NCBI GenBank assembly: GCA_951406725.2
Contig: OX597816.1
Location: forward strand, 59,148,001 to 59,212,000
Source: Octopus vulgaris
Taxonomy: Eukaryota
Direction: 5' to 3'
DNA: 64,000 nt
A model generated the notes under the pieces. The model saw nothing but the letters and a program-made list of their open reading frames with translations, made no database searches and was not told the DNA's origin. The position numbers and the translations under genes were made by a program. Positions 43,630 to 56,900 of this stretch are shown piece after piece. The first letter of the stretch is position 1. Every line of letters begins with the position of its first letter.

Positions 43630-43730
43630 ACTGGGCCTGGTGCAGCCATCTGGCTTCCCAGACCCCAGTTTCACCGTCCAACCCATTCCAGCATGGAAAG
43701 CGACGCTAAACGATGATGATGATGATGATA
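43630..43730 (+). mobile_element. RTE 3'-end fragment
   Basis: ctgggcctggtgcagcc..ggcttcccagacccc..gcatggaaagcgacgctaaacgatgatgat. Confidence 0.8.
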
Positions 43731-43814
43731 TATATATATATATATACATACATACTATATACATACATATACATATACATACACACACATATATATATAT
43801 ATATACATATACAT

Positions 43815-43845
<31 letters not shown>

Positions 43846-43854
43846 CATATACAT

Positions 43855-43885
<31 letters not shown>

Positions 43886-44203
43886 CATATACATACACAC
43901 ACACACATATATATATATATACATATACATACACACACACACACACACATACATATACACACACATATACATACACATACATACATTATATATATATACA
44001 TACATATAATATATATATACATATATATATAAAATGAGATAGGGGTTGTAAATTCAACCCTCCATGGGATAACATATATCCAATATACTGCTAGAGAAGT
44101 ACCCAACAAAGCTAATACATAAATGTTAAGAATTGCGATGCAATTAATTCATTTACTGTATTAGATGGGCAAAGGTAAAATTATTTTTACCATAAATTAA
44201 TAA

Positions 44204-44763
44204 TACAAAATAAGAAAATGGAGAAATATATCTAAATCATTCATCAACTATCAGATAATACCGAATCATATACTTTATTAAAACACTACACAAGAGCATT
44301 AAGATTAGACATTAATACAGTACAATAATTACAATCAATATAATGAGATATAACTAAATAAATATAACAAGATATAAAAATACATATACATTACAACTGA
44401 CAGCTGTTTCGGCCATGCAGATAGGTATGTCTCATTTAACCTATATTAGCCATATATTGCAGGTATAAATGAGACATTAACAAAAATAAATGTCTCATTT
44501 ATACCTGCAATATATAGCTAATATAGGTTAAATGAGACATACCTATCTGCATGGCCGAAACAGCTGTCAGTTATAATGTATATGTATTTTTATATCTTGT
44601 TATATTTATTCAGTTATATCTCATTATATTGATTGTAATTATTGTACTGTATTAATGTCTAATCTTAATGCTCTTGTGTAGTGTTTTAATAAAGTATGTG
44701 ATTCGGTATTATCTGACAGTTGATGAATGATTTAGATATATTTCTCCATTTTCTTATTTTGTA
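44204..44763. repeat. 560 bp near-perfect palindrome (275 bp arms, 10 nt loop)
   Basis: 44204-44478 is the colinear reverse complement of 44489-44763. About 5 transitions by eye and no indels. Confidence 0.95.
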
Positions 44764-44801
44764 CATATATATATATATATACACATATATATATACATAC
44801 A

Positions 44802-44835
<34 letters not shown>

Positions 44836-45314
44836 CACACATATATACTCACAGACACATATACATATATATATATATTTATACATACACACACAACTAA
44901 CAATAATATTAATAATAATAATAAAGGACAACTATGAGCATGGTGCTGATCATTTAGCTCATAGGAAAGAGGCTATGAAATTACATGTAAACAAAAAGAA
45001 AAAAGTCTAAAATTCAGTTTAAATCTCTCTTTCTCACTCACTTGAATATCATAGACTTAAATATATATGCACACACAGACACTAATACACATAAACCAGA
45101 TACACACACACAAACGTAGGTGTGTGTGTGTGAATATATATATATATATATAAATGAATGAATGTGTGTGTCTGAAGCATATATATTATGTATTCATAAT
45201 ATTTAATCTCCGTTGTGCGTATATATAGAGTATGCATATATGTACATCATATTAATACGTTACATATTCTATATATACATCATGCATATGTACAGCATAT
45301 AATATTTGATATAA

Positions 45315-45353
<39 letters not shown>

Positions 45354-45428
45354 CACACACACACACAATGTAGATTAAATATCATGAATATGTAATATAT
45401 ATGCTACACACACACAAATATGCACACA

Positions 45429-45967
45429 CAGAGTGGCTGTAAAGTTACTATGCAGTTAGGCTGAAAACAACTCTATGATACGGCTGCTGAGTCATCTGTA
45501 AGAAACCCAAAGGAATCAATTTGCCATGGTAGTTGAGAAATTGGTATCAAACGAACATCACTACATAAAATAGTTACAAAACTCAATATGAAACCTTACA
45601 CTCTGCACCTAATTCAGGGTCTTCCGGAGGATGATCCTAATCACAGGTTTCAACATTATGAACAGTTTGTAAGTCAAGGAAGCCAAGTTTGTCAGAGGAA
45701 GTAAAGAAGTATTGAAGATCTTTGGCAGTTCATTATTGACTTGTGTACCAAAGTTTGTCACAGAGTGTTTTCACATTCTCAACAATACTTTGGAGCTAAT
45801 GGCTTACAATTTGAACATTTCTCATAACTGTAGTAAATGAAATTGATTGCCTATATTGTTACAATACTTTGTGGTGTAATACATATATTTTCTGAAAATC
45901 TTTTTAGTCTAACCACGATATTTCTTTATTATAAATAAGTGTATAGTAACTTTGCACACACCCTCTG
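45429..45967 (+). mobile_element. Internally deleted Tc1/mariner (maT-like) element
   Basis: Imperfect TIRs cagagtggctgtaaagttactat / atagtaactttgcacacaccctctg. Residual KPYTLHLIQGLPEDDPNHR and GANGLQFEH. Confidence 0.65.
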
Positions 45968-46952
45968 TATGTGTATGTGTATATATGTATTTATTATATG
46001 TAGCATATATTACATATCTATATATGCATACAGTATTTCTATATATAGGTACAATGATGCAACAGGAAACTAGAACTCAAAATATGAGCATATTTACATT
46101 ATCAATATTTAACGAAAGCAACAGTGACTCAAGATTCGACAGTTTCAAGTATTGGCACTAGTTTGATAAGTGCCAATATATGAAACACTTGGACCTTCAG
46201 TCTCTCTGTTGTTTCCACTAATTATTAATAAATAAAGATGTATATATTGTAATGTTCCCTTAATTGGTGGTATCAACGGATGAAGTGACCCATCCAGAAA
46301 GACTTGAATATCAGTTAATATACATAGAATCTTCAATTTACATGATTTTCGCACTACATAGCATAGTATACAAGTGTGCCCTACTGTAGTAATATCAATA
46401 GCATGAAAGATATGGTAGCTAAATTTAAACATTTTTTGTATAAATGATATATATATATGAGTGTGTAGGGAATATTACACATACATAAAAAATACACACA
46501 CACACAGCGACAAACATATATCACTAGGAAAATTATGACAGTGAATTCATTAGCAGTTTAATGAAGACCATGCGAGCAAAACTTCAAGATTGCTATCGCC
46601 TTTACTTTGTAATAACATATGTTACTTCATGTTTATAGAGATAACCATCCATCAATGATTCACTTTCTTCCTAAATACGTTTGAATGATTATCAAATGTA
46701 TGCATCCTTGTGTACCATAATGCATGCCTCAATATGTGTGTGTGTGTGTGTGTGTGTGCGTGCGCGCGCATGTACATGCATCACCATCCATCCATATACA
46801 CATCCATATAAAATATATACATATTTCAGATACGGAAATTCGCAAGTAAATATAAGTGTGTGTATATATACATATTCCACTATATATATGTGTGTGTGTA
46901 TATGTATATACATACATATATAAATGTACATATACATACATGTGTGTGTGTG

Positions 46953-46984
<32 letters not shown>

Positions 46985-47537
46985 AATATATATAAATGCA
47001 TTACATAAATACACATATATATATATATATGCATTACATAAATACATATATATGCAAATATATATATATATATATATACACATACACTTACATCTATATA
47101 CATATATGTACATAGATATATACACATAACTACATATACTCATACATATATATATACATACATACATACATATATACATACATAAATATATATACATATA
47201 TATACATACACATATATATATATATATACATATTAAATCCAACGAATCTAGTCAACGCACAAGATAGTTATTATGCTCACCCCCCACCACCACCCCACCA
47301 CCACACACACAAAACACCACAACGTGGACTTTGCTGAGGCTAATAAGAAACACTGGAACTTTTTTATTACACTTAACTTTTTAAAATATTTTTGATAAGG
47401 TTCGTTTTTGCAAAATTAAAATTTATCTTATATAGTGGCATATTCAAACTTCTTTATATGAATATAAATATATACACACATATATATATACATATATACA
47501 TACAAATATATATATACATACAAATATATATATACAT

Positions 47538-47574
<37 letters not shown>

Positions 47575-47683
47575 CATACATACACATACATATATTTATA
47601 TATACATACATATATTTATATATACATACATACACACACATATATATATATACATACATACATACACATACATATATTTATAT

Positions 47684-47724
<41 letters not shown>

Positions 47725-47891
47725 CACACACACACATATATACACACACACACATATATACACACACACACATATATACACACACACACACATATATATA
47801 CACACACATATATATATACACACACACACATATATACACACACACACATATACACACACACACATATACACACACACATATACACACACAC

Positions 47892-47924
<33 letters not shown>

Positions 47925-47929
47925 TATCT

Positions 47930-48252
47930 ATTGGAGCACTCCATCGGTCACGATGACGAGGGTCCCAGCTGATACGATCAACAGAACAGCTTGTTCATGA
48001 AATTAACGTGCAAGTGACTGAGCAATCCACAGACACGTGTACCCCTAATGTAGTTCTCAGGGAGATTCAGCATGACACAGAGTGTGACAAGGCCAGCCCT
48101 TTGAAATACAGGTACAACTCATTTTTGCCAGTTGAATGGACTGGAGCAACGTTAAATAAAGTGTCTTGCTCAAGGACACAACGCGTCGCCAGGAATTGAA
48201 CTCATGACCTTACAGTCGTGAGCCAAACGCCCTATCCACTAAGCCACGTGCC
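47930..48252 (-). mobile_element. Full-length tRNA-derived SINE (second family)
   Basis: Minus strand: A box TGGCTTAGTGG, B box GAGTTCAATTCC, central gtgtccttgagcaagacact domain, and 3' body ...cacttgcacgttaatttc.... Confidence 0.85.
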
Positions 48253-48279
48253 ATCACACATACACACACATATATACAT

Positions 48280-48344
<65 letters not shown>

Positions 48345-48480
48345 TATACAGCAGAAGCAATATGCTAGCATGGAAAACGGACGCTAAATGATGATGATGA
48401 TGATACACACATATAAATATACACATATCTATATTCACATATATATGCATATATGTATTCATATACATATATATACAGCT

Positions 48481-49056
48481 TATAAACAAGGGCAAAAGAA
48501 AAAAAATTCTAATGCCAAACATGCCGAAAATAGACACATTATCAATAACCATATAATTTATCACTATAAGCACGCGTCTTGAAGTAAGCCAACAGAAATT
48601 TCTAAAACATTCCGTTATTATCGCATCGGTTCCAATTTCAGAGTTAATTCATAAGAATTTTCTCCTCGCCAGCGATAAATACAGTAAGAAATAAATAAAA
48701 TACTTACTTATACCCATGGAAGAAGCAAACACTAAATCCTGAGCACACCTAAGTACCCCAAATATATCCCAAATAGAAATTCTCCAGTATACCCCGAGAC
48801 ACGTGCGATTGGACTGAAAACTCTCATAGAGAGAGAGAGAGTCCGGAAGTGAACACTATTAAATTTACATCTAATATAGGATAAAAATTTCCGGAAAAAA
48901 AAAATTCTATTAATGGCCAGCATATTAAAAAAATACCTTTAAAGGTTAAATTTATAAACAACTTGTAAACAAGGGCAAAAGAAAAAAAATTCTAATGACA
49001 AATATGCCAAAAATAGACAAATTGTCAATAACCATATTTTTTTTTCAAAAAATTAA

Positions 49057-49114
<58 letters not shown>

Positions 49115-50009
49115 TACATGTATGTATATGTACATTTATATATGCATGTATATACATATATATACACACACACACACACGTACATCATGGAAGCCCCCTG
49201 CTTCCAACATAAAATAGGATTGGGCATTTGAATTATTAACTAGAGTTTTCGGTCAGCCAAACTGTAACAAAATTAAATAAATAGTGAACACTATTAAATT
49301 TACATCTAATATAGGATAAAATTTTTTGGGAAAAAAAAATTCTATCAATGGCCAGCATATCAATAAAATACCTTTAAAGGTTAAATTTATAAACAACTTA
49401 TAAACAAGGGCAAAAGAAAAGAAATTCTAATGACAAATATGCCAAAAATAGACAAATCGTCAATAACCATATCACGTTTTTTTTTTATTTGGAAAATTTT
49501 ATCCTATATTAGATGTAAATATAATAGTGTTCACTTCCAGACTCTCTCAGAGTTTTCAGTCCGATCATACGTTGTCTTGGGGTGCGCTGGAGAATTTCTA
49601 TTTTGGATATATTTGGGGTACTTAGGTGTGCTTATGACTTAGTGTTTGCTTCTTCCATGGGTATAGGTAAGTATTTCATTTATTTCTTACCGTATTTGTT
49701 GCTGACATGGAGAAAATTCTTATGAATTAACTCTGAAATTGGGGCTGATGCAATAATAACGGAATGTTTTAGAAATTTCGGCTTACTTCGAGACGCATGC
49801 TTATCATCATCGGGGTGTGCTGGAGAATTTCTATTTTGGATATATTATAGTGATAAATTATATGTTTATTTGTCTATTTTCGACATATTTGGCATTAGAA
49901 TTTTTTTTTTTTTGCCCTTGTTTATAAATTTAACCTTTAGAGGTATTTTTTTAATATGCTGGCCATTGATAGAATTTTCTTTTTTTTTTTTCGAAAAATG
50001 TTATCCTAT

Positions 50010-50010
<1 letters not shown>
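48481..50010. repeat. Tandem plus inverted array of a 483 bp unit (fold-back)
   Basis: aaacaagggcaaaag occurs at 48484, 48967 and 49402. 49480-50008 is an inverted copy of the unit. Confidence 0.85.
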
Positions 50011-50029
<19 letters not shown>

Positions 50030-50054
<25 letters not shown>

Positions 50055-50420
50055 CTGAAGTTGTCTGTGTGTGGCAGGTTTGGTAGGCTTCAACTAACAC
50101 TACCTCCTCTGAGACCCTGCGGAGCAAGTTGACCACAATTGAGAGTATGATAGAAGGCTTGCTCTTCATTCCGTAGAAGAAAAAATTCAAATCAGACCAT
50201 GTTAACACCAAAAATTATTTACATCAAAAAGGTGCTTTTTTTCTATGAAAATCCCTATTTTTTACTGCTTTATCGCCATTTTTCGGTGTATTTTAACCAG
50301 AAAAATGTTCACTTAAAGAGAATAACAAGCTACGTAATGCCAAATTTTTAGTTTTCAAAAATTCCAATTCTAAATGGGCGAAAAGAACACAAACCCGAGC
50401 AACGCCGGGCAATACTGCTA

Positions 50421-50421
<1 letters not shown>
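50030..50421 (+). mobile_element. Non-autonomous Helitron
   Basis: 3' hairpin CCCGAGCAACGCCGGG (50394-50409), 8 nt before CTAG|T. The 5' end is buried in (TA)n, followed by gctgaagttgtctgtgtgtg. Confidence 0.7.
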
Positions 50422-50481
<60 letters not shown>

Positions 50482-50519
50482 CACATACATATATATAGAT
50501 TTATATAAATATATAGATA

Positions 50520-50585
<66 letters not shown>

Positions 50586-51003
50586 TATATACACACATAC
50601 ACATGTATATATCTATATTTATATATCTGTATATATAAAAGGCAGGATGTGTGTGTGTGTGTGTGTGTACGTGAATGTAATTTATGCACACCCACAAATT
50701 AACACGCATGTCGCTCCAATTTTAGGAGGACATTCATCAAGATCCTCGTATTTTCGTCAAATTATTTTTCCTAGTGGCAGCAGCGAATAGCAGTAAAAAT
50801 AAAATTCCAACCAAAATTTTTAACAATGTTAATTCGGAGAAATCACCATTGTTTGCAAACAGAAGTTAGGTCCCCTTCTAGCAACAAGTATGTTTTTTAA
50901 GACTTGTTTTCTGTTTTATTCCAATCGAGGGAAAAAGTGATTTCTTGATATACAGGCAACACACACATGTATGCAATAGGTGTATGTACGTACGCGTGTT
51001 GCC

Positions 51004-51039
<36 letters not shown>

Positions 51040-51479
51040 TACATACTTAAGACTTAGTTGTGATATGAACATAGCTGCTTCTAGCACAGAATCAGGAGCC
51101 CTTTTTGGGCATTTTATTTTCCTTGCTGGAAGGGTTCCCAACCCATGGGCAGGGTTAGATGATGGGGGTGGTGTTTACAGAGGGCTGGCATGTGGCACCT
51201 GTTCACCTCTGCTGATCAAACACCCAACCCACGTGCTCCTGTTGCGACACTGATTTTGCAGAACTGGGTTGGGTGTGAAAACCAACTTGAAAGCATAAAT
51301 ACAGATGTTTTTGAATCAGCAATATTGTGTTCGGTTAAGTCCTATTTGGGGTGAAAAATCAATAAACTGATTCCTTATAGGGTTTTCCATTTATTCAGGA
51401 TAAAAAAAAGGGGGCATCGATAAACCGATTCCTTATAGAATTTCGCAATAAAATTGGCTACAGATATATACACACACAC

Positions 51480-51536
<57 letters not shown>

Positions 51537-51621
51537 GGTCCCGGGTTGAGTCGGGGTTAACCACAGTAAATAAGGTACTCAATACATAGCAGAGTAAATT
51601 AATTTATTTTATAGAAGGAGC

Positions 51622-51663
51622 TTCTACAGGACTAGAACTGTTTCATTCAAAAGAAATCATCAG

Positions 51664-51666
<3 letters not shown>
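51622..51666 (-). ncRNA. Minimal type I hammerhead ribozyme motif (Penelope pLTR-like, within a 51534-51666 insert)
   Basis: TTC-CTGATGA-tTTC tttt GAAt-GAA-ACAG ttctagtc CTGT-A-GAA. All core nucleotides are present, with stems I, II and III and a GUA cleavage triplet. Confidence 0.6.
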
Positions 51667-51709
<43 letters not shown>

Positions 51710-51826
51710 TTACATATATACATACATAAACACACAACATATACACACACATACAGGCATATGCGTATTGATATATATGCTTATTCATATATATGTATAT
51801 ATATACACACATATATATATCTATAC

Positions 51827-51869
<43 letters not shown>

Positions 51870-52079
51870 GCATATATATATACATATGCATATATATGTG
51901 CATATACATACATATATATGTGTATATATATGCATGTACATACATATATATGTGTATATATATGCATGTACATATATATATGTGCATATACATACATATA
52001 TGTGTGTATATACATACATATATATGTGTGTGCATATACATACATATATATATGTGTGTGCATATATATGTGTGTGTGC

Positions 52080-52117
<38 letters not shown>

Positions 52118-52303
52118 GCATGTGCATGTGCATATATATATATGTACATATATATATATATATACACACACACATATATGCATATACATATAAATATATA
52201 TACACACACACATATATGCATATACATATAAATATATATACACATATATTCATATATATACACACCCACACACACAATCATACTTATTCAAGCATGCGCA
52301 TGT

Positions 52304-52334
<31 letters not shown>

Positions 52335-53690
52335 TTTCCATATCTCCACTTTCACAGACAGAGATGGTATACCCACACACTCTGACACATACATTTACAG
52401 AAGAGAATTTCTATGGTACAGAATTATTGTCGATTAAAAATCTATAAACAAATAATAGATGCAAACTTTCCCCTTGAACTACTTTTGGAAATCGATGAGG
52501 ATAAAACAGCTGAAATAAAGGAAATATTCATTATGAACTCAATCTGCTTCCTGTCTTTTATGAACTTCTGAAAAAGATAATACCCTTAAACATTTCAATC
52601 TATGCTATTTGTGTTATAACAGGAAATAATTTAAGCATTTTCTTTTAAATTGAGTCCTGTAGTTAATATATGATTTACTTCTCTAAACTTAAATATATTT
52701 CTTTGTTTTATATTTGGATTTCAAATGTTAATAATTCTATGTTGATCATTTTCAATCTAAATGTTTAATTGCCTATTTCAAAAAAAAAGGGAAAAAAAAA
52801 AAAAAAACAGTAAAACCCATATAACTATTGATAAACAAAGGGAGCTTTATTGACCGTATCAGATTTTGTAGACCTATTTAAATAAGAATTTAGACTAAAT
52901 TGAAAATTCCATTTATTTGGTTTACAGAAAGGTTATCTATAATTTTATCTTTTGGGTGGGGGATAAACATATATTTTTATGTCAAAGATTTCATGTTTAT
53001 ATTAATGTAAAATTATTAAAAAAAAGGTACATTCTCAAATAAAAACATTTACAGTGGATCTAAATAACAAGTATTATTACTGTACAAGCAACATTTCTCT
53101 TTTTTCATAAAAACTTTTAAAATCAATAGATTTAATGCTGAATGGGAAATGAAAATATAAATTTGAAAATTACTCAAAAAAGCATGAAAATATTTAAAAT
53201 AATTCATATCTGTACACTATCATAATAAACTAATGACTATAAAGTATACTGAATTTTTAATTAACAGCAATTTCAAGCTTATATTTAAACCAAAGACATA
53301 TTTAATTCTAATACACAACCTCTCTTAACAATCAGATAAATTAATCTATTGATGTATTATGAAGTAATTCAATTAACATGTTATTTTTCAATAACTTCAT
53401 TTCTTCTTGATGTTAAATTTAATACAAAGTTAAACAGAAAATTAATCTTTACAACAAAATATTTAAAAATTGCTTTTAACCTAATAAAAATTTTCTATAA
53501 AGTAATTGAAACTTTTGTATAAAGAACAAATGTCTAATTATGCATGCATATTAAGTATAATAGAGACATTCTGCAGTTGAATTTCGAAATATATCTAGAA
53601 AGAAACACTAAAATGCAGAGTAGTGATGCCCAACATTACCTAGTACTATGAATATAATCTACATTAATGATGAGAATGTCAAGGACTCAC

Positions 53691-53984
53691 TCCTGCAAAT
53701 ACTGCTGCTGTCGATGCCGGCCTAGGGCCACCAGCCTGCTGGGCTATCTGAAGCTTCTTCTGCATATATGAGTTGTATTCCTCTTGGGCCATCCTGGTCA
53801 TGCGCACAGGGGGCTGACTTCCTGGAATACGGGGTGGTGGGGGTGGGGTCTGTTGGGAACCCATGGAGGGCCCAGCTGGAGTTGGGGACGGATGCAGATG
53901 TGCTAGTGGCTGGCCCATTGGAGATGCAAGTCCTGGGTGGCCTCCAGGTGAAGTCTTTTGTTGTGGAGATCGCCCAAGTTGCTC
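53691..53984 (-). CDS. KMT2C: KMT2C/D-like exon, 294 nt, Pro/Gln-rich
   Basis: ctcttttacgtcaaag|GAG; EQLGRSPQQ...TAAVFAG|gtgagt. Phase 0 to 0. GC-rich island in AT-rich flanks. Confidence 0.85.
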
Positions 53985-56900
53985 CTTTGACGTAAAAGAG
54001 AAATAAGGATTCAAGAAGCCTTAATTGTTGACATCCAACTTGTATAGAAGAGTTTTGGTGCATTTTGAAATAAATTTCTTTGTTTATTTCACACACACAC
54101 AGACACACACATATATGTATATATATATATATATATAGATATATATATATATATGCACATATATATACATATATATATATTTTATATATATATATACATA
54201 TACACACACATACACACACACAGAGTTTATTGTCTTTCTTTTATGTATATATATTATGCATAGAAATTAAGCATGAAATAAAAATTAAATAGCTAATCTA
54301 CTTTAATGAATCATTGCCAAAATAAAGAGACTGTAAGAATGGAGTTTATCATTTTATCTTAAGAATTTGATATTTTCAGATGGCACATGTTCAAGATGTT
54401 AGCTGAAAGTACCAAAGTATAATCCTGAAACATTATTTGCAATTTTCCATACCATTTCTCAAAATACCTAAAACTGCATCAATATACAAACACAAACACA
54501 CACACTAAGTTTTGTACACACACATGTAGTTCCAAATAAATGTGTGTATAACTGCACAAGCACACATATACTAAGAATCAACAGATTTCAGCAAACTGGT
54601 AGTTAATATTTAAAATAAAACTAGTTCTATTCACAGAAAATTCACATTTTAAGCATTTTGCTTTAAATTAAAGAATATTATGTAACTTGGTAGAAAATGA
54701 TTTTCATGTAGCTAAATGAATTATTTGCATAACACTCAACTTAATCAAAATTCTCTAACAATAATTCTTTTAATAAATGCAAACAATGTTACTTTATTAA
54801 ATAAGTAAATGATTTGATTATATGCTAACATACTAAGATATCACTTCATATTTAATGATATCCATGTGGCTTCAATTATCAAAGGCAATGAAAACTTCTA
54901 TGAAATTCCCTCCTCAAAGCTTTTGTAACTTATTTTAAAAAATATATTCTAGTAAACAATTTACACAGCAGGAAATCTGTTCATAAAATTATTTGTAAGA
55001 AGTTTGTTATTTTCTATCCTTCAGATTTTCAATAATTTCTTTGTCTCATGAAAAAATAGTAAAATAAATAAACAGAATTAAATATTTAATGCCTCTCAGT
55101 TATATTTTATAAGTATTCTGGTTTTTTGCAAAAGTTACTGATTTTATGACTATTGAAACTGATCTGTCACATAAGAGTTCTAATTTGAATTACCTTTACA
55201 ACATTTTAAATGACTTAAGCAAATTAAACCATCTAAATTTTATACACGATGTTTTTTTTTAACATGAAATAACACAAGTTAGAGATGAAAATTAAGAAAA
55301 TTTAATCAAAAACAAAAAGTAAAAAGCAAAATATAAGAAGTTGGGAAAATTAGGAAAGAATAAGAGAAAAACAAGTAACAGGAAAAAATTTTAACATTTC
55401 AAGGTGTGAACCAAACCTTAAATAGCTATATTTTCTATTTTATTATTAATGACAAAAAATAGCTATTTTTGTTATGAACCAAGAAATTGAAAACTTGGTT
55501 GTTTCTGTCAGCTTTAATAAATACCTTTAAAAGAACAGTTTATCCATTGCAATATGGAATTACAAGAATAAATATATACAACAGCTTGAAATGCTCCAAA
55601 TAAATATAAAGGTAAAAAATGAGAATTGTAATTTGTTCCAAAATGCACTTTAAACAATGCTATGTAAAGTTCTTTAGTGTAGCACAACATTAGGATTCTT
55701 TAGAGGAATGAAAGCTAAGAAAATCCAAATCATACAGCTCAGTTCTATAACAATAATCAGAACAAAACTTACAAAATCTACTGCCTTTCCAAGAAATACT
55801 ATCTCTTTGCTTGGGGTTTTCAAGGTGTTCATAGCTCTTCATCAAATTCCTGAGAATTACTTATGGATAATTAAGCTGAAGATTACATTGAAAATGGTTA
55901 CTAACACTAAATTTTGTTATAAGATTTGACAGTAACAACACTGTGATGAAAAACCAGTCCATTACCTATTTAATTCTTAGAGTACACAGATCAAAGGATG
56001 AAAACCACAAGTTACCTATTAATTTTCTTCAAGGAATATAGAAGAAATAAAATATCAGTGAAATACAAATTCAATGAACAACGAGAAAGGTTATTTTAGC
56101 CCACCACTACCGTTTTCTATAACAAGCTAACCAAAATACCTTGCGATGTAATATATTAAGTGTAATGTACATAAAGAAATAGTGGATGTGAGAAAAGCAA
56201 TAATTTAACTAATTTCATAATCCTTTATTAAAAATAAAATCAACCAAAAGATTTAAATACAATCTTTTAATATATCACTTCTTGATATTATCCTTATGAT
56301 TTACTTTTATTTATACTGTTTTCAATTACTGGACTTAGTTTCATCTTGATCAACATTAAACTACCGATTAAATAAGTTTAGTGAACAAACTTGGTTTTAA
56401 GTTCAATAAGTTTTCTTTTATGAGATTTCTATTCAAAATATTAATTCAGTACACCCAAGTTTGTTATTAATATTGGTTAACCCTCAGCTAACATACTGAA
56501 AGTATGCCATCATTAACCAATTTTTTTTTTAATTCAGGAATGTTTAAAATACTGTAAAAGGCAGTAAAATACATAGTATCTTACTTCAAATACATATTTT
56601 GGATCATATTATTAAATCAAATTTCATGTAATGAATTATACATATATACATAAGCACATAGCTAATTCATATTTAATTTTATCTGCATGATAATTTAAAT
56701 ACAATATAGGATATATCAAAAGCTCATTAAGAGGAAAGTTTGCAAAAGCAACATATTTTAAAACTGGGTAAAAATATTGGAACATGCTACATTCAAATTC
56801 AAACAAATGACATTCAGAGGATCTGCAAAAGTGATACAAAACCAAGAATATATTCATGTTAACACATCACCGTAAAGTTAAATTGTAGTAGTATTTTACT

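Noticed and set aside
43048-43716. Recurring peptide [36 protein letters not shown] (also 20609-20932 and 28674-29087)
   Set aside because: Antisense reading of the RTE 3'-UTR repeat running into microsatellite; not a gene family.
48180-48252. tRNA gene
   Set aside because: A/B boxes are present, but it continues into a SINE body and I could not form a proper acceptor stem.
51050-51290. GC-richer block as a possible extra exon in the large intron
   Set aside because: All three minus-strand frames after the candidate acceptor hit stops, and the flanking exons already join in phase 0.
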